Positions 20,493 to 31,517 are shown, counted from the stretch's first letter. The stretch is DNA of 64,000 nt from an uncultured Nitrososphaerota archaeon (GCA_963799845.1 CAWCYI010000006.1:1376001-1440000), one strand, 5' to 3'. Made by a program: numbers and translations. The notes: generated from the sequence alone by a model not told the origin.

Positions 20493-20972
20493 TCAGTCCA
20501 AGTGTTTTGATAATGAACCATCTTTTTTCAGCTTGCTGCGGAGCACAGCGTTTGATGTCATTCCCCTCGCCGACAAATTGGACATTCGATAACTTACGAG
20601 GATAGCCCTACTTCGAATTCTCTTGTAAAATTCAACATCCCTAGTCAACAGAACCTTCTCCTTCTTTGTGCTTCCCCACTGATCCAAGCTACAAGTTAAC
20701 AACTGTCTCTCTATTTCATCATCACTCACACCATCGCCCAAAATCGCCGGCACCCATATGGCATTAACACTGTTTCTTCTCAAATCATTTGCAAGCTTGG
20801 GTGGTAAGCAAGCATCTACGACTGCATCCCTGTCGCCGATTTTCTTAATCAAGGATAGAATTTCAGCGTCAGGATCGTGATAAGATTGTGCGAGGGAGTA
20901 GGTAAAATCGCGTCTTTTCCAGTTAACGCCGGTTGCATCTATTGTTGCCCTAAGATTATTTCGCCAACTCAT
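20493..20972 (-). CDS. PIN-like domain protein (DUF5615/Mut7-C like)
   Basis: VDACLP..LA..LR, G.SDDEI, LLTRD.EF. Confidence 0.7.
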   Translation of the reverse strand: MSWRNNLRATIDATGVNWKRRDFTYSLAQSYHDPDAEILSLIKKIGDRDAVVDACLPPKLANDLRRNSVNAIWVPAILGDGVSDDEIERQLLTCSLDQWGSTKKEKVLLTRDVEFYKRIRSRAILVSYRMSNLSARGMTSNAVLRSKLKKDGSLSKHLD

Positions 20973-21100
20973 GCGGAATATCCTTTGTTATCCGGGGATC
21001 GAATAACGATTTCCTCATTCTAAATAGTTAATGTAATTAGAATAAAGTGGCCAAAATAGATATCCGAGTATCTACCCGGTTTAGAGCAGAACCGTTCAAG

Positions 21101-21886
21101 CTACCTCGACGGAATGGAGATTCCGTCCGTTTTCGCACTACGTACGAACGATCTGAGCATCCCATCTCGTGATATCTTAAGGTTGACAATCACCCCTTCA
21201 AGCTCTTCGGACAAACCTCTCTCGTCTACAAAATGCTCCGTAATGTCAATGTCTCTTATAGCGCCGAGAAGTGTCTGCCATTCTTCCATCTGTCTAATCA
21301 GCTTGTCATCGTTCTTTGAAGGAAGAATTTCCAGGGTGTACCGAAGTATCTTGCATTGCTTTCTTATGTCATGCAGTTCGTCAATTTTTCGAAAATCTTT
21401 GAGAATTAAGGGAAGTCCTTCTTGCAATTTCGCTTGAATCTTATCGACGATTTTTTTTCTACGCTTTGTAATTGCCTTTGACGAGAGTTCTTCTCCGTTA
21501 ATCTTCGGAGTTTTGATCTTTGCAAGATTTTCAGCATATAATGAGCAGCGGAGGAGCATGTGGTACCTTTCATTCTCAATTTTTGCGAGCGCGCGTTGGA
21601 CGTTCGGGTCGTTTTCGTATTTCAAGAGGTTGGAACCAATTATGTCATTGTCCCTGACTGGCGTCGTTGATTTGAACAGCTTGCTGCAAGCGGACAGATA
21701 TTTTCTGATTTTTCGTTTTTGTCGAACCTGCTTTGGTAGCAGATCGAACGCGGCTTCTACCCTTCTAATAGAAGTCCTGACGTCGTGAACGTTGTCTGAG
21801 CTTTGGTCTTTGCTAAACGAAGCTACTCGTGAATCGAGTTCAGCCATAGCTTTGGCGCATTTTTTGCAGAATCTTGTGACTTTCAT
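21101..21886 (-). CDS. CHAD domain (polyphosphate-binding) protein
   Basis: VHDVRTSIRR, LHDIRKQCK.LRY..E, LG.IRD.D. Confidence 0.92.
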   Translation of the reverse strand: MKVTRFCKKCAKAMAELDSRVASFSKDQSSDNVHDVRTSIRRVEAAFDLLPKQVRQKRKIRKYLSACSKLFKSTTPVRDNDIIGSNLLKYENDPNVQRALAKIENERYHMLLRCSLYAENLAKIKTPKINGEELSSKAITKRRKKIVDKIQAKLQEGLPLILKDFRKIDELHDIRKQCKILRYTLEILPSKNDDKLIRQMEEWQTLLGAIRDIDITEHFVDERGLSEELEGVIVNLKISRDGMLRSFVRSAKTDGISIPSR

Positions 21887-22122
21887 AACTCGACACCGCA
21901 GAGTACCTTCATTATCTTCTTTCAGTTTTAGACTTTCCTTCGATCCTCGCTCAGATTTACACTAGTTCCTGAGTTGATTGGGAAGCTTCCCTTTCTTACC
22001 TCTTGTCAAACCAAAGAATCTCCAAGGCAATGGCGCATTTCAACATTCCTATTTATTATAATTAGACCTATATTGAATATCTAGGTATGGCGTTTAAGGG
22101 ATTAATGCATCGGTATTAGAGT

Positions 22123-22305
22123 ATGAAAAGCAAGAAATCGGATAAACTTGCCTCCCAGCTTGAGAATCGCAAGAGAAATTTGGCTGTAATTGAAGAAACT
22201 ATTCGATCCGATCCGCAGTCGGGCGAGAGTCTGGCTCCCGTAAAGGAGTTTTTGTCTCACAGGATTGAATCCATTGAGCTCGAGCTGAAGATTACAAAGA
22301 ATTAA
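22123..22305 (+). CDS. small hypothetical helical protein
   Basis: 60-aa ATG ORF after a TTTAA box. Confidence 0.45.
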   Translation: MKSKKSDKLASQLENRKRNLAVIEETIRSDPQSGESLAPVKEFLSHRIESIELELKITKN

Positions 22306-22986
22306 GGTATTTGTCTATACTTTCCTGAAGTGATATATTCAATTCGCCGATCGGCTTGTTTCCGTCGATCCGTATCATTCCGTACTGTTTTGCCATGTGC
22401 GAGAATTCTCTCGCCATTCTCTCCTGATATGCGATGAAAGAGTCGTAAAGATCGTCGGATAGCCCGATGTCTGCCCCGGACTCGTAATAATCAAGGACGC
22501 CATATTTCTGAAAAACCCGGTGGAACAGTTCGTCGGGTTGCACGTCCAGGTAAAAGACGAGATCTGCTTTCGGCGCGAAGCCGTACAGGTCATGCGACCA
22601 TCTGCTACTAATCCCCCGCACTATGCTTCTCGCGATCAACGTGTAGATGTACCGATCCGCAAGCACCACATATCCGGCCTGCAAAGCTGGTATTATTTTG
22701 TGCTCCAGCTGTTCAACAAAATCCGCCGCATAGAAAAGTGTCAAAGTCTTCTTGCCGAGCGGGAGCTTCTGTTTGGCTTCCAAAATTCCCTGCCCGATCA
22801 ACTCTGAACGCTTCAGCCCTGTGTTTATCACCGCGTGGCCGTCCGATTCGAGCTTTGAAGTTATCGACTGGATTTGAGTACTCCGCCCGAGCCGTCAGGG
22901 CCTTCTATGACTATCAATCTGCCCTTAATTACGACGTCTTTGAGATACGGGATCCCCTCGCCATAATACTCCACCGGTCTCGGCAT
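22292..22986 (-). CDS. thymidylate-kinase-fold protein, second of a tandem pair (one apparent frameshift near 22885)
   Basis: ATG at 22986 gives MPRPVEYYGEGIP..LIVIEGPDGSG, continuing RSTQ after correction; LADRYIYT, YYESGAD. Confidence 0.85.
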
Positions 22987-22997
22987 AGACTGGTGAG

Positions 22998-23744
22998 CTA
23001 GCATTTTTGGCTCGCCTCAACGGACGGAATAGATGCTGTCGTCGCAGTTTGGCCTTTGATCTGATTCACGAGCTGCTGAGGAAGCGTTTCCAATACTTTT
23101 TGCCTGACGATTATCTGCTGCTCTTCAATGTCTCGGGTCGCGTCGATTACTGTAAAATCTTCATGCTCGACCATAGATTCGTATTGGTCGATGATCCTAC
23201 TTTGGAAAATTCTGTAGCTGTCAAAAGGGTCGTTGCTCAGGTTCAGGTCCATGCCGGCCTCGTAGTACTTTAGTTTGGAGCGTCCAACGAGGATCCTGTT
23301 TATCGCAATGTCAATGGGAACCTGGAAGTAAAATGTGACATCAGGCTTTGAGGCAAAGCTGTAGACCTTCCGAACCCAGGTAGGGCTGCACCCTCGCACG
23401 ACGTCCCTTGCGAAAGCAGTGTAAGCATACCTATCCGCAAGTACGATGTACCCAGCGCGGAGGAGGGGAGCGATGTTTCTTTCGTATCTATCAGCAAAAT
23501 CCGTGGCATGCAACAAGCTGAACGTCGTCGGAGTCAGAAGCGCCTTCTTCTTTCCCTTGGAAGTAATTTCCTTTACGACATCGGACGAATTCCATTCGGT
23601 CGTGAAAACTAAAAGCCCCTTGCTCCGGAGCCATTTATCAAGAAGATGGAGTTGAGTAGATTTACCTGAACCGTCTATCCCTTCGACTACTATCAGAAAG
23701 CCCTTACTTTTCGGATCACCCGTCGTATGATTTCTCGTTCTCAA
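22998..23744 (-). CDS. thymidylate-kinase-fold protein, first of a tandem pair (candidate polyphosphate kinase subunit)
   Basis: EGIDGSGKSTQ, LADRY.YTA.ARD, YYEAGMD. Confidence 0.88.
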   Translation of the reverse strand: MRTRNHTTGDPKSKGFLIVVEGIDGSGKSTQLHLLDKWLRSKGLLVFTTEWNSSDVVKEITSKGKKKALLTPTTFSLLHATDFADRYERNIAPLLRAGYIVLADRYAYTAFARDVVRGCSPTWVRKVYSFASKPDVTFYFQVPIDIAINRILVGRSKLKYYEAGMDLNLSNDPFDSYRIFQSRIIDQYESMVEHEDFTVIDATRDIEEQQIIVRQKVLETLPQQLVNQIKGQTATTASIPSVEASQKC

Positions 23745-25281
23745 GATTTTCTATTTCTGCTCCGGTTTGGACTTCCTCTGGAATTGATTTTTTGGCGCTC
23801 TTTACCTTGTACTCGACAAATCTGTCGAGCTCGTTCCCAAGTTCGCTTATCGAATCTCCTAATATCTTTTGGGGAAATCTCTCTTCGGGGGTTTGCGAGA
23901 CAATCTTGAGGCTGATTCTAGAGCCCCTTTCAGGGAACGACAGCTGGATTTTCGAGTCTGACCTGACAATTATTTCGAGAAAGCGCGAAATGGCCGCGAA
24001 CCGCTCGATTATTTTTTCGCTATCTTGCTTGAGAATGGATCGGTACCTGACGTAAAACCAGTTGGCGCTTCTCGCCTTACGCAGCTCTATCACGGCCAGC
24101 GAGCCAAGAAGTTGGTCTCTGTGCTGCAATGATGAATCCTCATCCATCATCAAAGAGAAAACGGATTCAGGTCTTAGTGAGGAAGCTTCTCCCATTAGCC
24201 ACTTTAATGAAAATCGAATGATGCCGGCCTCCCTTGATTCTATTAGGTCAAACTCCTCCAGTTTATTGAGAAATCTTCCAATGACCAGCTCATACTCGCT
24301 CTCTTTCTGGGATTTGATTTTTTTCGGAGGAACTCTTCCAACATTCCCCTTGTGATACCCCAATGGATCTTCGAGAAACGATGACAAAATTCCGTCTCGC
24401 AGCCCATGGGTGCTGACGACAACCCTTCGAAAGCCAAGTTTCTTCATTACTGAATCGACTACAAGCGAACCTGCAGTGAGAGTCTCGGCGCGATCTCTTC
24501 CTATGACATCTATTTCGGCTATCTCTCTTGTCGAAAGTTTTGAAAGCTCTTTGCACAATGCCTCGACTGATTCTCGTTTGATTGAATAGTTGTGGATCTT
24601 GTTGAAAGGATAATTTTTGAGTTTCTGATCCCATCTCGCCAGCGCTCTAAGGCTCCCACCGACTCCGGCGAGCACAGTTTCGTCCTTCAGAACCAGCTCC
24701 TCTCTAGTAGGGAGAAGATCAAGAATGCTCTTCTGCATTCGCACGTAAGACTTTTCCTTGAATAGTCCGTCCTTGTCAGAATATAGCTGAGTCAGTCGGA
24801 GTCCCCCCAAAGGCAACGACAGGATATTGCGAACCTTCTGGCCATCGCAATAGACGAATTCTAGACTTCCGCCACCGATGTCAAAAAATAGCATGTTCGA
24901 TGTTCCAAGGGCTCTTGCAGCTCCCGAATAAGAGTACAGCGCCTCTTCTCTTCCGGAAAGTACCCTGAATTTGAGCCCGGTTTCGTCAAATACCTGTTTC
25001 AGGAACATTTCCTTGTTACCAGCCTCCCTTACGGCGCTCGTTGCGACCGGCAGGGAATGGCGGACTCCGTAGAGGCCGTTGATCTCTTTGAAAAATTTCA
25101 GGCCCTCGATTGCTCGTCTGATCGGCTCGGTTCCCAGAAAACCGGTCTGGCTCAAACCCTCCCCGAGTCTTGCCGGCACAGACTCCTGATCGTAAGCTAC
25201 AAACGAAGAATTGTCATCCTTTACATTATAGCTAATTAGCTTCAGCGAGTTGAACCCTAGGTCTATTACTGATACCTTCAT
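23716..25281 (-). CDS. ppx: Ppx/GppA exopolyphosphatase
   Basis: IDLGFNS, ATSAVREA.N, LSG.EEA, DIGGGSLE, GLRDG. Confidence 0.93.
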   Translation of the reverse strand: MKVSVIDLGFNSLKLISYNVKDDNSSFVAYDQESVPARLGEGLSQTGFLGTEPIRRAIEGLKFFKEINGLYGVRHSLPVATSAVREAGNKEMFLKQVFDETGLKFRVLSGREEALYSYSGAARALGTSNMLFFDIGGGSLEFVYCDGQKVRNILSLPLGGLRLTQLYSDKDGLFKEKSYVRMQKSILDLLPTREELVLKDETVLAGVGGSLRALARWDQKLKNYPFNKIHNYSIKRESVEALCKELSKLSTREIAEIDVIGRDRAETLTAGSLVVDSVMKKLGFRRVVVSTHGLRDGILSSFLEDPLGYHKGNVGRVPPKKIKSQKESEYELVIGRFLNKLEEFDLIESREAGIIRFSLKWLMGEASSLRPESVFSLMMDEDSSLQHRDQLLGSLAVIELRKARSANWFYVRYRSILKQDSEKIIERFAAISRFLEIIVRSDSKIQLSFPERGSRISLKIVSQTPEERFPQKILGDSISELGNELDRFVEYKVKSAKKSIPEEVQTGAEIENLENEKSYDG

Positions 25282-25323
25282 TCCCTGTGAAACCCCGTAT
25301 ACTTTACAGATTCGTCCCCGAGA

Positions 25324-25824
25324 CTAGTCATTCATCTTTTTCAAGTGCTTTGGCGTGAGAAGCCACCGTAGCTCACCGCTTGCTTTTGGCGCGAAAGAGA
25401 GGATCTGGACCTTGGCAATTCCTCCCTTCTTGAGTAGGATTCGGCTCGAGCTTCCAGAAATGATCTCTCCGATCATCGAGCTTAGGTAGGGTTCATGTCC
25501 TACGAGCAGTACATCGGAATCCTGTTTCAGTCTCGACAACCTCTGCAGGGTTTCCTGCCTACTTCCTTCGGGCCGAAGCTCTTCCCATATCTCCAATTTC
25601 GGAGAGCTTTCTTCGTACACTTTTGCAACGATTTCAGCCGTTTCCTTAGCACGCTTTAGGGGGCTGGTGGCAATTTTATCGAAACCAACACGCAATTTGT
25701 GAAGAGAAATAGCAACCATTTCAATGTCTTCTCGACCGGATTCAGTAAGTGGACGCTCGAGATCTTTGCTCGGCATGGTTGTGTGGCTGCCAGCTTCACC
25801 ATGCCGAAGAACGAAAATATTCAC
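25324..25824 (-). CDS. sixA: phosphohistidine phosphatase SixA
   Basis: RHGEA, R.LT..G, SPL.RA.ETA, VGHEP; start placed at GTG 25824. Confidence 0.9.
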   Translation of the reverse strand: MNIFVLRHGEAGSHTTMPSKDLERPLTESGREDIEMVAISLHKLRVGFDKIATSPLKRAKETAEIVAKVYEESSPKLEIWEELRPEGSRQETLQRLSRLKQDSDVLLVGHEPYLSSMIGEIISGSSSRILLKKGGIAKVQILSFAPKASGELRWLLTPKHLKKMND

Positions 25825-26067
25825 GCCGGCCAACACGGGAGCAAACGTGTCTATAAGAAGATCGGTGACAAATTCTCCAAAAGAATGAAAAGAAATTTGG
25901 ATTAGGGCAATTGCGAGTGGTTGCGTATTGAAAATATATCTCACTATTGAGTCAAATATAGGATTGAAGTGTTTCGACAGTTCCTGCGGTGACCATGTAA
26001 TTATGCCATTTATTTTCAATAGGTAGAGTTTATTCGCAACGAAAAGCCCTCGATTTCCCGAAGAATA

Positions 26068-26472
26068 TTGGCTGAGACAAGTCTCGGAATACTAGCTATG
26101 CCAGAACGTGAACTGTCGAAATCAAGGGAAATCACTCAGAAACTTGCTGACGTCGAAATACTCTACATTCTGGCTTCCAAACCAAAGAGCTTGACGGAGT
26201 TGACTGCCCGGCTGAAAAAGACTTTCGGGCTCGAAACGACCTCGGCCGTTGTGAAGGAAAATCTCCTAGACCTAAGATTGCGAAAGTTTGTAAGGTCTTT
26301 CTCAAATCATCCTGTCGCGAATCAGTCAGTTGCTGACAATTTTCATCATGAATCATTTTCAATTACTCCGCTAGGTTTGAGCACTCTGAGCGAGTGGATT
26401 GAATCGCTCTCGGAGGTCACCCTAACGATGCAACTCGGCTTAGATCAAAGAGTTACCGTTGCCGAAGAGTAA
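26068..26472 (+). CDS. PadR-like winged-helix regulator
   Basis: ILYILA.KP....L...LK..FG..S; SITPLG...L. Confidence 0.6.
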   Translation: MAETSLGILAMPERELSKSREITQKLADVEILYILASKPKSLTELTARLKKTFGLETTSAVVKENLLDLRLRKFVRSFSNHPVANQSVADNFHHESFSITPLGLSTLSEWIESLSEVTLTMQLGLDQRVTVAEE

Positions 26473-26564
26473 TAACGATTCCCAAAGCCGTCAGGACTGG
26501 ACCCGTCGTTCGCAATAAGCCCTTTTCACAATTCAGTCTAGAGAATTTCAATCGAAACGCACGA

Positions 26565-26858
26565 CTAGACAACGTTCCTTATCTGAGAATTGCGCAGCGC
26601 AAGCTCCGATATGTAATCCAATACCTCGATGACCTTGGACAATGGGAGGGTACCATCGCTTCTTATTTCCTGTTCAATCTCACCCAAATATTCCGAGTGA
26701 CCAGGAAAACTCGATTTTGATATTCTGAGCAAATTCTCAAGTTCTGCAATTACGAGACGATCCGAAACATGCTTACCGTTATAGTTGATCGCGTGTGACA
26801 GCGGGCCTATCCTGCTCTGAATTGATTGCGAAAGTAGTAAGATTTTGTTAGGCTCCAA
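26565..26858 (-). CDS. hypothetical protein
   Basis: 97-aa helical ORF. Confidence 0.5.
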   Translation of the reverse strand: MEPNKILLLSQSIQSRIGPLSHAINYNGKHVSDRLVIAELENLLRISKSSFPGHSEYLGEIEQEIRSDGTLPLSKVIEVLDYISELALRNSQIRNVV

Positions 26859-27354
26859 CTGCGTCTAAGCTTGGAGTTAGGCGGTTCCACTATTTTAATT
26901 AGAAGTGAGTATCGGAACGAAGCATATCGGGCAGCTAAATAGCTGATTTATCTTCTAGTGGATTCAAGATCAGTACTGCGTCTTCACGCGGATAGTTGTA
27001 GTGTCTATCCCTGTTGTGCGTTGGGGACTTGCTTTTGCGAGTCCCCATCAAGATTTCCAAGTGAACGCAAATAAAAAGAGAAATTGGTAACAATGACAGA
27101 GTACAACCCGGCATTTTGCAAGACGTGTCAAAACAAGAATCGATCGGCACCAAACTTGGCGAGAGTACAATTTAGTGACTGCGACGAACATTATCGTCAA
27201 AGAATGAAGCGACTTGTGCTCATCGGTGGAGTCTATTACGCCTGATCAGGACTCTTCGAATGAAACGGCACTGTTTCATTTAGAATTGTACTTGTTGCCT
27301 GCGCCCTCCCGAAGAACTTTAAATGATTTCAGAATTTTTCTACGATATTGGGAA

Positions 27355-27891
27355 CTACAATAGTCCTTCTTCATCTTCCTCAGTGGGCCGAGACTCGTCT
27401 ACTTTCAGACTGGGGCTCTTTTTTCCGACTGTCTTGGGTGGAGGCTTCCATTCGTGGACAGTGATCCGTCTTTCAGAATCAGTCGCTCTGACGGTGGGTG
27501 AAATCGATTCCGCCTTCGTCTTGATCATTTCGTCGAGTCTCGAGTTTAGATTGTCGAGCTTTGCTTCCAGCCTTCTGATACCAACGTCGATCTTCGTCTC
27601 GTCGAGTCCCGACTTCAACGCATCATAGGTTCGTAAAACGGAGATTGAGAAAAATATCTGCTTTTCCAAGAATTCGAATTCTTCTCCCGCAACAGCTCCG
27701 GAGACATAATCGGAAATGTCTCGAATCAACTTTCCAGCAGTGACACTAATCAACTCAACATCCTGAGGTCGCCATTTTTTTTGGTCAACGCTCAGGTATA
27801 ATTTGCCGTCAGAGACATTCTTGACGAATTCGGAAACGGTCTTCCGTCTGATTTCGATCGGCGAAGCTTGGCTCGCTCCATCAGATTCCAT
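27355..27891 (-). CDS. hypothetical protein
   Basis: 178-aa ATG ORF with coiled-coil and acidic tail. Confidence 0.6.
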   Translation of the reverse strand: MESDGASQASPIEIRRKTVSEFVKNVSDGKLYLSVDQKKWRPQDVELISVTAGKLIRDISDYVSGAVAGEEFEFLEKQIFFSISVLRTYDALKSGLDETKIDVGIRRLEAKLDNLNSRLDEMIKTKAESISPTVRATDSERRITVHEWKPPPKTVGKKSPSLKVDESRPTEEDEEGLL

Positions 27892-28018
27892 GCTCTAAAT
27901 TCAACCAGGGTTTCTTGGAGTTTAGCAGCATTCCGGTTCAAAGGCTCCAACTACGGCCGAAGCCCAGTCGCCTGACCGATAGAATGTGAAATAAGATAAT
28001 CGGTTATCCGAAGCTGGA

Positions 28019-28291
28019 TCACGTTTCGGCTACGTCTTTTACCTGCTCGACCAATGTCCTTGTCGGAGTGCGGCTGGCTGGTCTCGCCTGCCCCGCTCGA
28101 AACACGAAAAACCCTCCAACGCCAATTGAAACGAACGCCAGTAGTTCCAGATACGTGTTATACGCCAAGAAGGGCAGCAGACCGAATCCGAAAGACCTCA
28201 GAGAGACGGAGGAGAACGCCAATACAAGAGCGGAGACGAGGAACGCTATTCCAGTCGCAAGATTGAAGAAAGATTTCCGGAACGGCGACAT
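28019..28291 (-). CDS. small two-TM membrane protein
   Basis: two hydrophobic helices; start placed at ATG 28291. Confidence 0.55.
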   Translation of the reverse strand: MSPFRKSFFNLATGIAFLVSALVLAFSSVSLRSFGFGLLPFLAYNTYLELLAFVSIGVGGFFVFRAGQARPASRTPTRTLVEQVKDVAET

Positions 28292-28461
28292 CTCAGCAGT
28301 CGACCCACATCGATAATTGAGAAGATATACGTCTTTCAAGGCAAAAGCAGCGACATCAGCAAGTAGTAATGGTTTACGTCGAATCGCAAGTACTGACTTT
28401 AATTCGGTATTTGCTGTGCAGAACGGAGATAATTCAAATTTGCTGATCTTAGTCCATCATC

Positions 28462-29259
28462 TTGCTCGCTAGTGCTTCCGAGAGTCAAAACCGCTTCCCA
28501 ATTAAACTCGCGAATCCGGGTCCGCTTAGGGAACGATTCTTCGAGTGTCTGATCGAAGGAAGGACCGAGCCTGGGATTTTTCTCCGATTATTAGCCATTT
28601 TCGAGTCTCGCCGGATTAAAGTTTCAAAGTGCAATTTTGAATCAGACCCGCAAAGTGAGACCTTTGGAACTACAATGCTTCTGGAGCTGAAGAATTCCAG
28701 ACAAGATATGGTAGGACTCGTTGAAAAAGTGATGGAAACCAAGGTCGTGACTAGTGTCGAATTTTCTCCATTGGAAGGAAAGCTGTTCAGCAATTTTCAT
28801 TTCCCAATACTTCTCTTCCCCAACAAGCGCGGGATAATTCTACTGGCGGAAGAGTTGATCAACTTTGAAAACGATCTGAATAGCAAACTAGGATCCGGGG
28901 CTAGTCCTGTCATTTTTGAGGAAGGAAGGAGGTATGGTTCTAACCTTGTCAGCCAATTTCCCGACAATAACTTTCGTAAGAAAGAGGGTTTGGAAAATTC
29001 AATCGAAATCCTCAAGGCGACGGGCTGGGGGATAGGCAAATGCGAGACTGACAAAACTGGGATCATCAAATTTTCATTGAGCGATCCATCGATCAACCCT
29101 AGGATAGAAACGAGGAGCAGATTTCTAGTCGGAATGGTTCAAGGAATTCTCGAAAAGATATCTTGCCAGAACATGCGGGTCATTGAAGAGCGTTTTGATG
29201 CCCAGAAAAACTCCCTGAATTTTACGTTTGCCAAATCTGGCTCGAATCATGTACCTTAA
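28462..29259 (+). CDS. ACT plus V4R-like domain protein
   Basis: EPG....L...F ACT-like start; FEEGRRYG, ATGWG, FLVGMVQG. Confidence 0.7.
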   Translation: MLASASESQNRFPIKLANPGPLRERFFECLIEGRTEPGIFLRLLAIFESRRIKVSKCNFESDPQSETFGTTMLLELKNSRQDMVGLVEKVMETKVVTSVEFSPLEGKLFSNFHFPILLFPNKRGIILLAEELINFENDLNSKLGSGASPVIFEEGRRYGSNLVSQFPDNNFRKKEGLENSIEILKATGWGIGKCETDKTGIIKFSLSDPSINPRIETRSRFLVGMVQGILEKISCQNMRVIEERFDAQKNSLNFTFAKSGSNHVP

Positions 29260-29485
29260 GTTCGATAAGAATAATTCTCCTGTTTCAGGGAATTATCGAC
29301 GCCGGTTGGAATTAGTTCTTTGACCGATTTACAGTTCTGAAAACTCAGGGTTAAGCTAAATACATTGGGAGATCATCTCATGGTCTAATCCTAGTTCCCA
29401 AGCTTTCCTTTGTCCGACGAAACTCTGGAGGCTTTTGACTGGATTCTCAAAGTGACCAGATATATTCTCTGAAGACCTCGGCGAG

Positions 29486-29752
29486 ATGAGTGATTCTGAC
29501 ATCATAATCAGAATGCTCTGGTTCTGTGAAGAGCCAAAACTCCCCGCCCAAATAATGAATTACTGTCATATCGACGGAATACAATTCAGGCGATTTACCG
29601 GTCATTCAATCAAGAGGGGACTAATGAGGGCGGTCGCTTCGGAGCTGGGGTTGTTTGCGATGGAAACCACCGATCGCGGAAGGGAAGTTCTTGAGACTGC
29701 AGATAAAATAATGTCGGCTCTCGGGCTTGAACCCGACGAGCCCCTGAAGTAG
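29486..29752 (+). CDS. small winged-helix protein
   Basis: P.....IM..C......F......GL......TT.RG.E.L. Confidence 0.65.
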   Translation: MSDSDIIIRMLWFCEEPKLPAQIMNYCHIDGIQFRRFTGHSIKRGLMRAVASELGLFAMETTDRGREVLETADKIMSALGLEPDEPLK

Positions 29753-29772
29753 ATTTCGAGTATTTTATGAAT

Positions 29773-29982
29773 CTACGGCTCGATGCCGTGGGCGTTACGG
29801 AGATGCGAGAGGTAAATCCATTCTTCGACCGGGAGGGCGTTGCCCTTCTCGATTTCTTTCTGGACAAAATTGCAAAGTGGGCAACTGTTCTTGTTTAACC
29901 TTACTTCCCTTCCGAACCTGTGTTCATGGCTAAGACTTGAATCTTCGAAATTCTGTGCTGATTCATTGGGCGAATTGTGCAT
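29773..29982 (-). CDS. small C2H2-type zinc-binding protein
   Basis: CPLC...YLSHLRNAH. Confidence 0.55.
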   Translation of the reverse strand: MHNSPNESAQNFEDSSLSHEHRFGREVRLNKNSCPLCNFVQKEIEKGNALPVEEWIYLSHLRNAHGIEP

Positions 29983-30326
29983 GAAAAATTAAAAGCTAGA
30001 TCTAAGGTATTAAGAAAGTTTGCCGAATTAGCAAAACAGATTTTTTATCCATAATTGGATAAATTTGATTCGATAAACCGAGTACCTTGATCATGATACA
30101 CTTAGTTTGAGGAATAACGATTTTGTATTTCTCGCGGCCATGAAAAAGATTTGATTTTTTCGAGACGTTTGCAAAAACAGGGATCTGTTTTATGTCGTAG
30201 GAAAAGTGTGGAAAAATTCTTGGATTTAGAATTCAGAAAGCTATGGCGGATAAATTCCCGTTTGATTTGATTTAGCTTCGAAAAGAATACATTTTATCTT
30301 CGGTTCGAGGTGATCATTTCTGAGAA

Positions 30327-31517
30327 ATGTCCTCGATCGACTTTGAGTTTGAAGCTAAGAATCTTGAACCCGAGATCATAGCAATTCGGAGAGACCTTCA
30401 CGAGAATCCCGAACTTTCGTTCATGGAACAGCGTACCGCCAAAGTAGTTGCGGGTCATCTGAAGCGCCTGGGAATCGAGGTCAAGACAGAAATTGGAGGT
30501 ATCCATGGGGTTCTTGGCATTTTAAAAGGAGCGAAGGAAGGAAAAGTCGTGGGACTGCGCGCAGATATGGACGCCCTGCCAGTCACTGAGGATGTCGACC
30601 TTCCCTTCAAGTCGAAAACTTCCGGAGTAATGCATTCTTGCGGACATGATACTCATGTTGCGATGCTCCTAGGTGCTGCTGAGCTCCTGGCCAAACATAA
30701 AGCTGATCTCCACGGTACTGTGAAATTCTTTTTCCAGCCGGCAGAAGAGGATGGGGGGAGGGGAGGAGCGAAACCTATGATTGAGGCCGGAGTCATGGAA
30801 AATCCAAAAGTCGATTACGTGTTCGGCTTGCACATTGGCGGCGAATATCCGTCGGGAACGTTTGGGGTTCGAGCTGGTCCGTTCATGGCGGCACCTGACG
30901 GGTTCAAGATCAGGATCATAGGAAAGGGCGGTCACGGATCAAGGCCCCATGAAACGATTGATCCGATTTTCATCTCTGCAGAGCTGATTGTTGCGCTTCA
31001 AGGTATCTCAACCCGAATAATCAACCCCGTAGAGCCGTTTGTTATTTCGGTCTGCAGCATTCACTCTGGTACCAAAGACAACATTATTCCCGACGATGCC
31101 GAGCTCCTGGGAACTATTCGCACGATGAACGAAAAGACACGAGAACTCGCGAAGAAGAGCGTTGGCCAGGTTACAAAGTCAATTTGCGAAGCTTACGGAG
31201 CAAAGTACGAACTTGAATTCAAGCAAGATGCGTATCCCGTCACCTACAACGATGAAAAAGTGACTGAAAAAGTGAAGGAAATTCTGAAGACAGTCCGGGG
31301 GACGAAGACAAACGAGATCGACGTCAAACTGGGTGCCGAGGATTTTTCGAGATTCCTTCAGAAGGCTCCGGGGACGTTCTACTACTTGGGAACGAAGAAC
31401 GAGCAGAAGGGTTGCATTTATCCGAACCACAGCTCGAAATTCAAAGTCGACGAAGACGTCTTAAAGTTTGGATCTGCCTCACTCGCGAAATTGGCGCTTG
31501 AATTTGGAAAGCAATGA
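30327..31517 (+). CDS. M20D amidohydrolase / CpsA-like carboxypeptidase
   Basis: RRDLHENPELSF, LRADMDALP, MHSCGHD.H, FQPAEE, GGHGS.PH, AEDF. Confidence 0.95.
   Translation: MSSIDFEFEAKNLEPEIIAIRRDLHENPELSFMEQRTAKVVAGHLKRLGIEVKTEIGGIHGVLGILKGAKEGKVVGLRADMDALPVTEDVDLPFKSKTSGVMHSCGHDTHVAMLLGAAELLAKHKADLHGTVKFFFQPAEEDGGRGGAKPMIEAGVMENPKVDYVFGLHIGGEYPSGTFGVRAGPFMAAPDGFKIRIIGKGGHGSRPHETIDPIFISAELIVALQGISTRIINPVEPFVISVCSIHSGTKDNIIPDDAELLGTIRTMNEKTRELAKKSVGQVTKSICEAYGAKYELEFKQDAYPVTYNDEKVTEKVKEILKTVRGTKTNEIDVKLGAEDFSRFLQKAPGTFYYLGTKNEQKGCIYPNHSSKFKVDEDVLKFGSASLAKLALEFGKQ

Noticed and set aside
25825-26019. 65-aa N-terminal extension of SixA in the ORF track
   Set aside because: It covers an AT-rich divergent promoter region; SixA homology starts at GTG 25824.
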